A DNA stretch of 64,000 nucleotides from Nitrosopumilus sp. (lineage in GTDB: Archaea > Thermoproteota > Nitrososphaeria > Nitrososphaerales > Nitrosopumilaceae): the NCBI GenBank assembly GCA_965203315.1, contig OZ241857.1, forward strand, positions 736,001 through 800,000. The letters are read 5' to 3'. The position numbers and the translations under genes were made by a program. Numbering within the stretch: the stretch's first letter is position 1; the number at the start of each line of letters is the position of its first letter. This document shows positions 33,869 through 44,061 of the stretch, piece after piece. The notes beneath the pieces are model-generated. The model saw nothing but the letters and a program-made list of their open reading frames with translations, did not search any database and was not told where the DNA came from.

Positions 33869-33983
33869 GGATCTTTTCGGTTTACGTGGGATAGAATGGT
33901 TACAGAAAACACTACAAGATTCTATAAGGGAAAATTAGAAAAAATCCCTGTGAAACGTCATTTCAGGTAAACCGAAGAGATCC
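33869..33983 (+). mobile_element. MITE family C copy
   Basis: TIR ggatcttttcggtttac...gtaaaccgaagagatcc. Confidence 0.8.
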
Positions 33984-34211
33984 TATTGACATACACCGTC
34001 AACGTTTCACGACATGTTACTAAAATATTGCGATCAATGTGTTATGCAGATTATTTGAATACGTCATTATACTAGATATACTTTTGATACAACACAACAT
34101 CTCTCCCCACAAACACTTTGGCACATTACAGAGCAAGATCTCTCTAAGCTAGTCTTTAAAAGGGACGTAAACGCGTACGAGAATTAAATAACAGATTCGA
34201 GATAAAATCGT

Positions 34212-34364
34212 ATGAACTGTAAACGTTGTCATCATACCGACGAAGCTCATACTCCGAATCTAGCCAGTAGATCTTTGATGCGTGCAGGCAAGTGTCAAAT
34301 ACCAACATGTACTTGCCCACAATATCTAGATATCATACACGAGATCGACGAAGAACTAGTGTAA
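34212..34364 (+). CDS. 50-aa Cys/His-rich microprotein
   Basis: MNCKRCHHTDEAH...GKCQIPTCTCPQYLD...; TATA-like ttaaata upstream; below ORF-track cutoff. Confidence 0.7.
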   Translation: MNCKRCHHTDEAHTPNLASRSLMRAGKCQIPTCTCPQYLDIIHEIDEELV

Positions 34365-34402
34365 CAGTTTCATCTATATGTAAAACACATTACAGATCAC
34401 GC

Positions 34403-34639
34403 ATGTCTACACACAAGCCATCAGATGAGATGATCAAAGAGTTTGATGCGCTTCTCTCGAAACTTAATGCCATGGAGATTGTTGCAGTAGACGATATACA
34501 AAAAAACACAGTCAAGATCATGCGTGCTCTAGTACAAGGACAGATGCATTCGATAAGAGAGTTTGATCACCTCAAAAAGGCAATAGATCTACTAACCTTA
34601 CAACTCTTTGACATACAAAACAAGACACGTGATGTTTGA
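34403..34639 (+). CDS. Hypothetical helical protein
   Basis: MSTHKPSDEMIKEFD... 78 aa. Confidence 0.65.
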   Translation: MSTHKPSDEMIKEFDALLSKLNAMEIVAVDDIQKNTVKIMRALVQGQMHSIREFDHLKKAIDLLTLQLFDIQNKTRDV

Positions 34640-34778
34640 GTCGGTCAACTTAATAATTTGACATATAGTTTTATGATTTCTGCAAAACATCCTAGGATCA
34701 GACATCGCAAATGTGTATCTAATTTTACCAAAAAGATCGAACTAGATAGTATCAACAAGGCCACATGCAACAGGAATC

Positions 34779-34953
34779 GGTTCTGTTCAATTGGCTGGGG
34801 TTGAGATCGGTATGACGTTACCTCAAAGAACGTAAAATATGAGACATAAAACAGCAGCAATTTACGACGACCGATATGAGACAGTTTCCGTATTTTGTAG
34901 AGTTTCAAGAATTTTGTGCAGAAAATGCCAACCCCTGTCAAATGAACAGAACC
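34779..34953 (+). mobile_element. MITE family A copy
   Basis: ggttctgttcaattg...caaatgaacagaacc. Confidence 0.9.
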
Positions 34954-34968
34954 CAACCTACAGTCCAC

Positions 34969-35307
34969 CTAGTGTGATTTGATAGAGTTGCATGGTGGTT
35001 TGTAGTGATCTAGTATCTTGTTCAATATACTTGCTCGACGATCATCGCTTGCAGCAAACAGAGGCAAGATTGCTAAATGCAATAAACTCTCCGAGCCAGC
35101 ATTCTCAACCCAGCATTTGAATTGCGGATTCTGGACAAAGTATGCTTTATCATCAGTGCTTGAACAGTCACCAGCATACAAGATAGTAAAAGTGTCCTTT
35201 TTAGCACCAAGAATCAGATATACAATCTTGGACATAGGAGGTCCCCAATCTGTTAGTGGGATAGGTCCCAAAAACTCGTACTGAAGTATCTGTATGCTCA
35301 ATGTCAT
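34969..35307 (-). CDS. Hypothetical protein (weak GIY-YIG-like pattern)
   Basis: IVYLIL...ILYAGD...YKPPCN. Confidence 0.65.
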   Translation of the reverse strand: MTLSIQILQYEFLGPIPLTDWGPPMSKIVYLILGAKKDTFTILYAGDCSSTDDKAYFVQNPQFKCWVENAGSESLLHLAILPLFAASDDRRASILNKILDHYKPPCNSIKSH

Positions 35308-35453
35308 CTATAGAATACTAGTTACTTTTCTCTTTTACTGATCTTATCTTTCTGGATCCTGAAAGTTCATCTATCAACCAGAGATAAAAATCGTCTAGTT
35401 ACAAATCTCGTCTAATGTATCTTTACAGACAAAAAATTCAAAATGTGTAAATC

Positions 35454-35638
35454 GGTTTTGTTAATTTGTGGAGGATGATATCTAGATGACGTTACCACAA
35501 TGAATGCATATGCCATGCGAACCAAACAGCATAGTAAAAGGATGATTTACAATAGACCACACACAACCATTACCATGTTTTATAGAATTTTACGAATTTT
35601 TGTACAAAACTATCAACATCCTACAAATTAACAAAACT
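35454..35638 (+). mobile_element. Diverged MITE family A relative
   Basis: TIR ggttttgttaatttgt...acaaattaacaaaact; shares gatgacgtta and aatttttgtacaaaa blocks. Confidence 0.7.
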
Positions 35639-35677
35639 CATGGTGTACTCTCAATCTTTGAAGCACAGGACACAGAC

Positions 35678-38600
35678 CTACTCGGTTAGCCAGCCCAGAT
35701 TGATCAGTGTTCTGGTGCGAGAGTCTACGTCACCAAACTCGTATGTGAATATGTTGTCGATCTCTGCATATGCCTTTGTCTTGTATGCATCGTATAACGA
35801 GTCACGTAGTTCTATCATCCTTTGATTGTGCCAGTCGAGTTTGGCTTTGAATGGTGCACATATTCTGTCGTTGATGTCTGTACATACTGGAGTGGTACCT
35901 GCATATGGTGCATACTCTACTATGACAAAGTTGCCAAACGAGTTACGACTCCACGTGTTGCCAAATGCATCTGCCCATAGATCAGATACCTTGTCCGTAC
36001 GGACCAAGACCAGATTTATTGGTCTACCATCATCGCGAGATATCGTCAGACCTGGTTGTACTGTTGGTGCTGCGTTTAGTGAGGTACCAGTGACAAAGAC
36101 GCCTTCATTCATGTAGTTTATTGCAGTGGACAGCAATGTGTCTGTCACCTGTATGGCAAACGGTTCATGGTTCATCGCCTCACGGAATAGTACATCTGGG
36201 AATGTCACTTGTGTACACTGTAGTTCAGCACCTGAACATGACACTCTAGACACTGTTGTGTTTTGTATATCATAGTCTATGATGTTGTTTGGGTCGTGTA
36301 CTGTAACGTCTGTGATATAGTGGTATGATGGTTCACTATAGTTTACTCCAAGGGTTACAGAAATGTATGCTTCTGCTGCACTCACTGGAGAGCCAACGCT
36401 TGGTACACTAAATGCCAGTATTACATTGTGTAACATGTTTGGTGCGAGTGTCTTTATCGCAAATGTATGTGTCGTGTTGGTTTGTATTGTGTCTCGTTCG
36501 TACTGTACATGATATGCGGTGATATCACGGCAAGTGTCGTCCATTTTATAGCCACATGTTACCAATTGTTCACCAGTGAGTTGCGATACACCAAAGGTTG
36601 GTGCATTTGCTAGATCTCTTGACTTGCCAGAGTCTTTGTCGTCTTGATCATTCTTAGTCGTAGGTTTTGTTGTATCTGGACCCGTCGAAGTACCAGACTT
36701 TGGAATAGACTCTGTTGTAGCTCCAAAGATTGCAAGTATCTTGGATACGATAATAGTGTCTGTGCCGTCTTTGCCATAACATACCTCTGTATTGCCCTTT
36801 AGTGTATTGTTGTTAGAATTAAAGTTGGTACTGGTACACTTTGGTATCTGTACAATGTCGTTTGTGCCGTTCACATGATAAAAGATGTTTTGACCGTCCG
36901 TGTTGTTTAGTCGTATATAGACCTCTTTGTTTAATACCAGTTTACCGTCAAATGATATATTGGGATAATTAGGACATTTAGGAGTAAAGTCTGTGATCTC
37001 TAGTGCCAATGCCATATAGCTGCTCAATTTTGGTACTGTAATATCATCACCAACTTGCAATTCGGCATTATAACAGAATGTATTTGATGTGACACTGAAT
37101 GTTTTGCCAGTTATCTTTGTGTCATAATGGATGGTAATGTCGGCCCTAGTGTCATCAGAGTCATCATCATGGTGATGATATCTAGTACCGGTTCCTTGAG
37201 AGGTCTCTCTAGTGATGAACTTTATCTCGTTTGCCGTCTGAGTATTGAGACCAATAGTTGCAGTGGACGGAGTGGTATTTGGTATGGTTATCGTCAGGGT
37301 TTGGCTAGGTGTTGGCGATACAGGTTGATTGGTCACAGGTGTTGATGTACTAGCTGCAAACGTGTACGAACCGGCATGTGTACCTATCATGGCGCGTTCA
37401 GCATCTACACCGTGTATCACTATATCATATGTACCATTTGTACTTTGTGGAATGACAAAGTTGTACGAGTTGGTTATAGTACGAGTTGTATCGCCGTTGA
37501 CAGAGTTGCCGTCAGAGTCGGTTGCAATCCAAAAGAACTTTGTGGGTTTCTGCTCTTTGGCACCTTGATAGAACGTCTTTGATGTAAATTCATACTTAAT
37601 CTCGAGTCCGTTTGTTGCGTTATCTGCAGATATATCTAGGTCAAATACCTGGGCGATCGGATACGGCTGTATATGACCAAACCGGCATAGTATCTCTTCA
37701 CTCAACTGTACTGTATCACCTTGTGGAACGTATACCGTACCAGTGACACCGGATATTGTACCAGATACAAAAGTTACCGCACTTGTGGCATTTGGTAGTT
37801 CCATGATAAACTTTTTGTGGTCTTTATAGTACAGAGGTGAGCCTGTAGAGCTGTTACTGAATATGTTTTGGTTTGATATGGTGTCATTTGTTGCAAACAG
37901 TTTGGCGTTTATACTGGTAAAGTTGCCAAACTGATCCAGCATACTCTTTGGAAGAGTACTGTTATAGTTGTACCAATGACCACGCTGTTGGACAAATGTA
38001 GAGTCTAGTGATATTGTCTTTTTGAGAGTGTGATCTGCCAAGAGTAGATGTAGTCTACCGTCAAACTGTACTTTGTATAGAGCATATTTGAACAAAATAT
38101 CTTTATCTTTAGTGATTAGAACTGTGTGATGTGTGCCACTGATATCGGCCTTGCAAAGTGGTAATGTGTTGTATAGAATGGTAGGGTTGGGATATTCTAT
38201 CAGGGATGTACTGTTTATCTTTTCAGTATAGTATTCGTGTGTTCGTATTTTGCCGGTTACGGGATCGTTAGGAGTTGTAACAGGTATATCTGGGTTGAGA
38301 TTTACTGGATTTGCAGGCGTGGTTATGGTATCTGCTGCTCCATAAAAGCCAGCCAGTCGTTTTGTAATGATGACCATGTCATCACCATGTTTGCCATAAC
38401 ATACAGTGTTGTTACCTTTGAGAGTGTTGTTGCTTGTGTGAATTATTGTACTAGTACATGCAGGAATTGGTTGAGCATCTAGTATGTTGTCACGCGGAGA
38501 AAAGTAGAACGGTTTTTTGTCTGCCTTGTCATATATGGTGACTCGCATGTCCCTGCCGATTATCAATGGTTTATCAGAGGTAGCTTCAGGATCTGGTGAG

Positions 38601-39037
38601 CAACTTCCACCGCCTATAATTGTAAAGTCTAATCCGTATGCAGATAGTTTATTCTTTCTGCTAGGTTCGATATTGTTGGGTATGTCAAAGCCTGGAACAT
38701 GTTTCGCTTTGATCCATTTAACATGCTTAAAATCTGCATGGCAAAGAGTGTGAGGAGAGATCACAAGCGCAGGGTGCGCTAGTGTCCTAGCGTATGGTAC
38801 AATATAGAGATCACCAGTAGGTTTTTCTGAAACGTCAATTAATCTATGAGCGCTAGTACGATAGTGCATACGGCCATATTCTTCTAGCATGAAAGTAATT
38901 CGACCATATGTTGTCTCGTTGGTTAATGGCGGTATCGTTAATAGATCACTAGTTGCAAACGCGTCATCTAGATCAACTAGCAGAAACGGTACAACTGCTA
39001 TCAAGACTAGTAAAAAGATCAGATGACGCTTACTCAA
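35678..39037 (-). CDS. Large secreted Thr-rich surface protein with two copies of a CYGK-motif domain
   Basis: Signal peptide; repeats NNTLKGNNTVCYGKHGDDMVIITKRLAGF and NNTLKGNTEVCYGKDGTDTIIVSKILAIF. Confidence 0.85.
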   Translation of the reverse strand: MSKRHLIFLLVLIAVVPFLLVDLDDAFATSDLLTIPPLTNETTYGRITFMLEEYGRMHYRTSAHRLIDVSEKPTGDLYIVPYARTLAHPALVISPHTLCHADFKHVKWIKAKHVPGFDIPNNIEPSRKNKLSAYGLDFTIIGGGSCSPDPEATSDKPLIIGRDMRVTIYDKADKKPFYFSPRDNILDAQPIPACTSTIIHTSNNTLKGNNTVCYGKHGDDMVIITKRLAGFYGAADTITTPANPVNLNPDIPVTTPNDPVTGKIRTHEYYTEKINSTSLIEYPNPTILYNTLPLCKADISGTHHTVLITKDKDILFKYALYKVQFDGRLHLLLADHTLKKTISLDSTFVQQRGHWYNYNSTLPKSMLDQFGNFTSINAKLFATNDTISNQNIFSNSSTGSPLYYKDHKKFIMELPNATSAVTFVSGTISGVTGTVYVPQGDTVQLSEEILCRFGHIQPYPIAQVFDLDISADNATNGLEIKYEFTSKTFYQGAKEQKPTKFFWIATDSDGNSVNGDTTRTITNSYNFVIPQSTNGTYDIVIHGVDAERAMIGTHAGSYTFAASTSTPVTNQPVSPTPSQTLTITIPNTTPSTATIGLNTQTANEIKFITRETSQGTGTRYHHHDDDSDDTRADITIHYDTKITGKTFSVTSNTFCYNAELQVGDDITVPKLSSYMALALEITDFTPKCPNYPNISFDGKLVLNKEVYIRLNNTDGQNIFYHVNGTNDIVQIPKCTSTNFNSNNNTLKGNTEVCYGKDGTDTIIVSKILAIFGATTESIPKSGTSTGPDTTKPTTKNDQDDKDSGKSRDLANAPTFGVSQLTGEQLVTCGYKMDDTCRDITAYHVQYERDTIQTNTTHTFAIKTLAPNMLHNVILAFSVPSVGSPVSAAEAYISVTLGVNYSEPSYHYITDVTVHDPNNIIDYDIQNTTVSRVSCSGAELQCTQVTFPDVLFREAMNHEPFAIQVTDTLLSTAINYMNEGVFVTGTSLNAAPTVQPGLTISRDDGRPINLVLVRTDKVSDLWADAFGNTWSRNSFGNFVIVEYAPYAGTTPVCTDINDRICAPFKAKLDWHNQRMIELRDSLYDAYKTKAYAEIDNIFTYEFGDVDSRTRTLINLGWLTE

Positions 39038-39045
39038 TAATTACT

Positions 39046-39069
39046 CCCCCCCCCCCCGTATCTTATAAA
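39046..39069 (-). promoter_or_regulatory. TATA box followed by a G12 tract upstream of the surface-protein start
   Basis: TTTATAAG (39069-39062), then C12 at 39046-39057 on + strand, TTG start at 39037. Confidence 0.7.
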
Positions 39070-39160
39070 AGTATCTTGTAGACTTGTGACGAGTACTCAC
39101 AAGTACGATCAGTTCGAGCTTGAAACGATTAAATTCAAGATCACATAAAAATCAATATCG

Positions 39161-39409
39161 ATGAAAGATCCACACAATCATGCAAAGGTAGGATACTCTA
39201 TGATCGTAGTTGCAGGTAGTCTTGCTGCCATAGGTCTCTTGACACTCTTTATTGGAGGAGATGTCTTGTTCTCAGATAACATGCAACGTAGTAACACAAT
39301 CCACTTTAATGAATGTAAAGATAGTGACTTCAAGGGTGAGGGGTGTGAAAAGTATTGGGATCGAATCAACAACCAGATATCTGGCATATATGTAGAACTA
39401 GATGAATAG
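39161..39409 (+). CDS. Small membrane protein
   Basis: One TM helix plus C..C pair. Confidence 0.7.
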   Translation: MKDPHNHAKVGYSMIVVAGSLAAIGLLTLFIGGDVLFSDNMQRSNTIHFNECKDSDFKGEGCEKYWDRINNQISGIYVELDE

Positions 39410-40102
39410 CTAGAACCCATTAGCAAAGTCTTCAAGCATATTTTTGTTCTTGGTGAGCTTGTTCATTGCGTAAAATGCTCCACCAACTACACCGGCTTGA
39501 TAAAAGGTATACAAGAATACACCAGAGGATGTGGGATCAGACTTTGTAAAACTCAATATCAACATACTAAAAAAGATAAAAGTGCCCATAAACGTTACAA
39601 CATGATTTAGAGAACCGCTATTCAACCCAACCATACGTTTTGTTGCAGCTGCCATGAGTGTTATACTAGTGATGATCAGAAATGTTGCTCCACCGTTTGC
39701 TGTAACAAACTGCATGACCCATGAGATTAGCCCCTCTTCTTCTAACACCGAGATCTCCGGCAAGACACTACCACCATTTATAGCAAAGTTGACGGCACTA
39801 AACATTCCACCAATTACAAAGAAGAATAGAAATATCTTGATCGTGGCGCGTTTGAACGGACTACGTGTCTCAGACGGCATCACAGCACGCTCGGTTATCC
39901 TTATTCCATAGAGAAGACCTATCAACATCGCAGGCACGAACATCAGATTTATCAAGATCGGTGACTCGGCATTTATCTGATTGATGTGTGGATAAAATAT
40001 CAAAAAGACCAGCATAGCAGAGATGGTCGCAAACACAAAGACCAACAAACCGACGTATCGATGCTTGTGTACGCCAGAGTCAGTACCGTCCCAATTATAC
40101 AT
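39410..40102 (-). CDS. Multi-pass membrane protein
   Basis: About 6 hydrophobic segments. Confidence 0.75.
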   Translation of the reverse strand: MYNWDGTDSGVHKHRYVGLLVFVFATISAMLVFLIFYPHINQINAESPILINLMFVPAMLIGLLYGIRITERAVMPSETRSPFKRATIKIFLFFFVIGGMFSAVNFAINGGSVLPEISVLEEEGLISWVMQFVTANGGATFLIITSITLMAAATKRMVGLNSGSLNHVVTFMGTFIFFSMLILSFTKSDPTSSGVFLYTFYQAGVVGGAFYAMNKLTKNKNMLEDFANGF

Positions 40103-40196
40103 ACTATATAGTGTACAACTCGGATTAAAAGAGCAGGTAGAAAATCATTTAGTCAATTAATCAATTCCTTTTTAGTAAACAGCCACGATATACGCC

Positions 40197-40388
40197 ATGA
40201 TGATCTATGTTATACTCGGCATAATATTAGTCGCATTGGGCATACTGTTTAGTCTACAAGGGCTATCCATAGTAGGCCCTACATCCTCTTTCATGTATGC
40301 AGATCCAGATTGGACTAGATACGGCATATGGATCATTTTGAGTGGGTCGATAATCAGCCTCTATAGCTATTGGAGATTGAATCGGTAG
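40197..40388 (+). CDS. Small 2-TM membrane protein
   Basis: QG.SIVGP.SSFMY...W...G. Confidence 0.65.
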   Translation: MMIYVILGIILVALGILFSLQGLSIVGPTSSFMYADPDWTRYGIWIILSGSIISLYSYWRLNR

Positions 40389-40479
40389 CAGCACAGCAAC
40401 AAGAGATCGATTAAAGACGACACCGATCTAGGTAAAGGCACTCAAACCGAGGGTTAGCTTTGCGCATGTGAGTTGAATG

Positions 40480-40654
40480 GGTTCTGTTCATTTGACGGTA
40501 GTTGGCATCTTTTGCACAAAATTCTCGAAACTCTGCAAAATATGGAAACGAACTCACATCATCTATCATAAATTACTGCTGTTTTGAATCAAACATTATG
40601 CGTTCTTTGAGATAACGTCATAATGAGCTCCGCACCCGTCAATTGAACAGAACC
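40480..40654 (-). mobile_element. MITE family A copy with 8-bp TSD
   Basis: TIRs as family A; flanks gttgaatg / gtcgaatg (7 of 8 match). Confidence 0.9.
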
Positions 40655-40697
40655 GTCGAATGTTACGAAATTTTTCAATACAGTATTTGCATGATGG

Positions 40698-41894
40698 TTA
40701 AAAACCAGCAAGAATAGGATCGGTCGGTTTGATTATCTCACGTAAGACGATCGTTGCAAAAGAGCCACGAGATAGAGTAAAGCGTACTGTATCATCTTGG
40801 ACATGACTGTTTGTACAGCTGATCCTAGTCTGTCTAAATCCACCTTCACTACTGATCTCTTGCATCTTTGTAACAAAAAAGCTCTTTGGTGACACTCCTT
40901 GTTCTTTGAGTGTGTTTAATATGTACGAGTTAAATCTGGTCTTTTTGTAATATGCATATCCAACAAATGGCATGGCCAACTTTTGCGAATCATGATAAAA
41001 CATCTTGTTGATTACGCCCTTGGAGTCAAAGCAGATATCACCTTGCTTTGGTTCAAAGAGATCCTCGCCTGCGCTATATGCATCGCTCAACGATACATTA
41101 AACAGAAACGCTTGAAATGACTGTACAAAGAATCGCCGCAACGATATAGGTAATGCACGTAAAGCACGATATGCGTTACTATGATTGATCATCTCTTTTA
41201 GGATTATTCTCTCAATATCCATCTTTGATGGAACTTGATCGAGATACTTTGCATAGTTGTTGGGGTCTTGGAGCTTGTCTCGAATCTCTGTATTCTCTGC
41301 AGAGTCGTAGGGTGATGTAAAAGCTAGTACTAGGCGTACTGCATGATCAAAGTCTTGTTGTACGAGTGCCTTGCCTATGAGATGTGTTACAGGACGTTTG
41401 GAACCAAATCTCTGATAACCATAAAAATTCAATATCTTGTCATACTCACAAAACGACTTTAACGTGTCAGAACAGTCTTGGATCTTTATGGTAAATCTAT
41501 TTCCAACCATCTCTCTTTTAGATAATGGTCGCTCTGTTGATCCAATGTATACTAGTTCATATTTATCGGTCTTGAGATCATCTATGGGTTTATCCTTTCT
41601 TTTAGCGCATACATACTGCGTAGTAGATGCCAAAGCGTCCTTGAGACCCAGCGATTTGAGACGAATGCGAGTTCGTCTAAAGACATCATCTAGTGCATGA
41701 GTTGTGTCAATTCGACTCTTCTTTAGTTTGTATACACAATAGTCTCCCTTACTGGATATAGACATTATTGCACGCTTTGATATAACTTCTGACACGTCAA
41801 AGTCACTTGGCGTGTTTCGTATTGTACCACCTGTACCTGGAAAGTCTGTACTGTATACTCTTATGCCGATCTGAGAATCTATCTCGGGGATCAC
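40698..41894 (-). CDS. truD: tRNA pseudouridine(13) synthase
   Basis: DFDVSE, GLKD..A.T.Q, GNRFTI, NFYGYQRFG, LSRGSFAT. Confidence 0.92.
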   Translation of the reverse strand: MIPEIDSQIGIRVYSTDFPGTGGTIRNTPSDFDVSEVISKRAIMSISSKGDYCVYKLKKSRIDTTHALDDVFRRTRIRLKSLGLKDALASTTQYVCAKRKDKPIDDLKTDKYELVYIGSTERPLSKREMVGNRFTIKIQDCSDTLKSFCEYDKILNFYGYQRFGSKRPVTHLIGKALVQQDFDHAVRLVLAFTSPYDSAENTEIRDKLQDPNNYAKYLDQVPSKMDIERIILKEMINHSNAYRALRALPISLRRFFVQSFQAFLFNVSLSDAYSAGEDLFEPKQGDICFDSKGVINKMFYHDSQKLAMPFVGYAYYKKTRFNSYILNTLKEQGVSPKSFFVTKMQEISSEGGFRQTRISCTNSHVQDDTVRFTLSRGSFATIVLREIIKPTDPILAGF

Positions 41895-43474
41895 AGTACA
41901 GTCACTGTAATAAACTTGCTAACTGTGATATCATCGAGTTGTGCGCCAACAAGAACTTTATAGGTACCTGGCTCTACGTCTTGGGCCACAATATCCAATG
42001 TTATATCTCTAGATATATCACCAGATATATCGCTAGTCGTATCTTGTCCAACCTGAACATCTATTCCGGCACTAGCAGGAGAGATGATAATCTTGGAGAC
42101 AGACTCGGACGATATTGTGACATCTAGAGATGTAGGTCTATCGGATTGTATAGTCACCACATCTGATTCGAGATTGATGGTTATTGGTAGTGCAAGACTT
42201 GTGTCCACCACACCGATATTGTTCTCAACCCACTCTGTAAACCAGATCAATTCACCAGATACTGTAAAGTCTAAGACTTGTGCTATACCACAATCTCCCA
42301 AGAATAGTCTTGTTCCATCATCACAGTCTGCCCATGCAGGATTTCGAGATGGAATATGATACTCGACGAGCATCTCAGATCTAGGATCCATGACAGCAAT
42401 GTTATTTGCTGTCTGTAAGTTGAATACAATTCGTCCCATATCGTCTGTATCCATCCAGTATGGTCTAGATACAGGTGTTAAAATCACTCCCGTCTTGTTT
42501 CCATAGGTCTCTACGATCGGTTCTGCTGTAACATATCGTATAAACTCTTGACTAGTAGGATCAAAACTATAAAACCCAGACGAGTTTGTATCACTGATCC
42601 ATATGCGTCCAAGTGCATCTATTGTGACACTACTAGGTACAGCCAGTTCAGCCGGTAGTTGATACTGGACAATATAGTCAAGTATAGATAGATCTTGATC
42701 AGATGTATCAAGATCTGTCATGTATTCTAGATAGTCTAATTGTATGAGATATCCACCAAGTTGAGACCAATTTGTATACCAGATATCATCGCCATCTATG
42801 ACAAAATCAGATGTAAATGACTGCTGATGAGGCGACTCGATGCTCGTGTGTTTTATCGAACTGATAGAGTCACGCGAGTCCAAGATATCTAGTTTGTTTC
42901 CAGCAAAGTCGTTCACTATTATCTGTGTATCTAAAATCTTCAATCGCTGTGGAAGACTATCCTCTATTGTCGGGTATGGTACTCGGGTATACTCTTTTGT
43001 ATCGATATCAAACTTCCATAGTGCAGCTTTCTCGCCATCAGTAAACCAGATAGAACCATCAGAAGAGTAGTCCATTCCCCAGTTCACAGTACGATCAGCA
43101 TCGGCCCAAAATGGATTGTTATATTCGGTAAAGTTTTGTGTCGAGGGGTCAAACATTGCAATATTGCCGGTATTACTTTGAGCAAACCAAACGTTCCCGT
43201 CAGGTGTAGTCGTTACTGCTAGTGGCATAGTACATTCTGTAGGAATTGCAAACTCGGTTACAAACATAGTAGACTTGGGATCACTAGAACCACAAAACGT
43301 TGCTCGCTGCTCTACAGAGAACTTTTGGGCAGGAGTATCAAACATGCTCGTATCATCCATCGCACCAGGAGCAACGTCAGGCTCAATACCTGGAATCGCA
43401 ATAGCCACGCCAGATGTTGCCATTATTCCTCCCAAGAATAGAGCTAGTATTATGTTTCTACTCTTCTTTTTCAC
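41891..43474 (-). CDS. Secreted Vgb-lyase-like beta-propeller protein
   Basis: Signal/TM segment then repeated GNVWF/GSIWF/GRIW/LIWFTEW blades. Confidence 0.8.
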   Translation of the reverse strand: MKKKSRNIILALFLGGIMATSGVAIAIPGIEPDVAPGAMDDTSMFDTPAQKFSVEQRATFCGSSDPKSTMFVTEFAIPTECTMPLAVTTTPDGNVWFAQSNTGNIAMFDPSTQNFTEYNNPFWADADRTVNWGMDYSSDGSIWFTDGEKAALWKFDIDTKEYTRVPYPTIEDSLPQRLKILDTQIIVNDFAGNKLDILDSRDSISSIKHTSIESPHQQSFTSDFVIDGDDIWYTNWSQLGGYLIQLDYLEYMTDLDTSDQDLSILDYIVQYQLPAELAVPSSVTIDALGRIWISDTNSSGFYSFDPTSQEFIRYVTAEPIVETYGNKTGVILTPVSRPYWMDTDDMGRIVFNLQTANNIAVMDPRSEMLVEYHIPSRNPAWADCDDGTRLFLGDCGIAQVLDFTVSGELIWFTEWVENNIGVVDTSLALPITINLESDVVTIQSDRPTSLDVTISSESVSKIIISPASAGIDVQVGQDTTSDISGDISRDITLDIVAQDVEPGTYKVLVGAQLDDITVSKFITVTVL

Positions 43475-44061
43475 ATAGGTAAAAGTATGTCTCCGTGTTA
43501 TATCTTATTCGCAGATCGGTTTGTAATCTTTACGATTAATAGGTACACGACATGTCTGATAACTCTTTATTTACAAATCCTAAATCGATCAATCCTAAAA
43601 ACATTCATCGTATAATCTGTACAGTATGAATTGAACACGCCAGAGATTTGGGATCGGTTCATTAATCCAAAACGTCCGTCATAGAATCTATACAATATGA
43701 ATTGTCCTAGCCCAAAATAATACTCAAACCATCGCATCACGGATTAGTCCAGATACATGATCTGCAACATCGTCAAACGCAGGTATTGTGCCATATACAA
43801 ATGGCCTTAGTTCTTGAATCCATACTTTTCTTTTTTCAGCAATTCTCGGGTTCAATTTGCTTATATCAAATTCTCCATATACTATTCTGCATTTTTTCTT
43901 AACTAGATCAGGGTTGATCGCTACTCCGTGTAAACTCAGAAAATGAATATCATATAGATGTCGCGCATGTTTGCTATACAAAAGAGCTCTAACCTTTTCT
44001 GCCATTGTCTCCTCAAGACTCATAACATTTAGCATTACGTTGCTTGGAAAATTCTCATATA

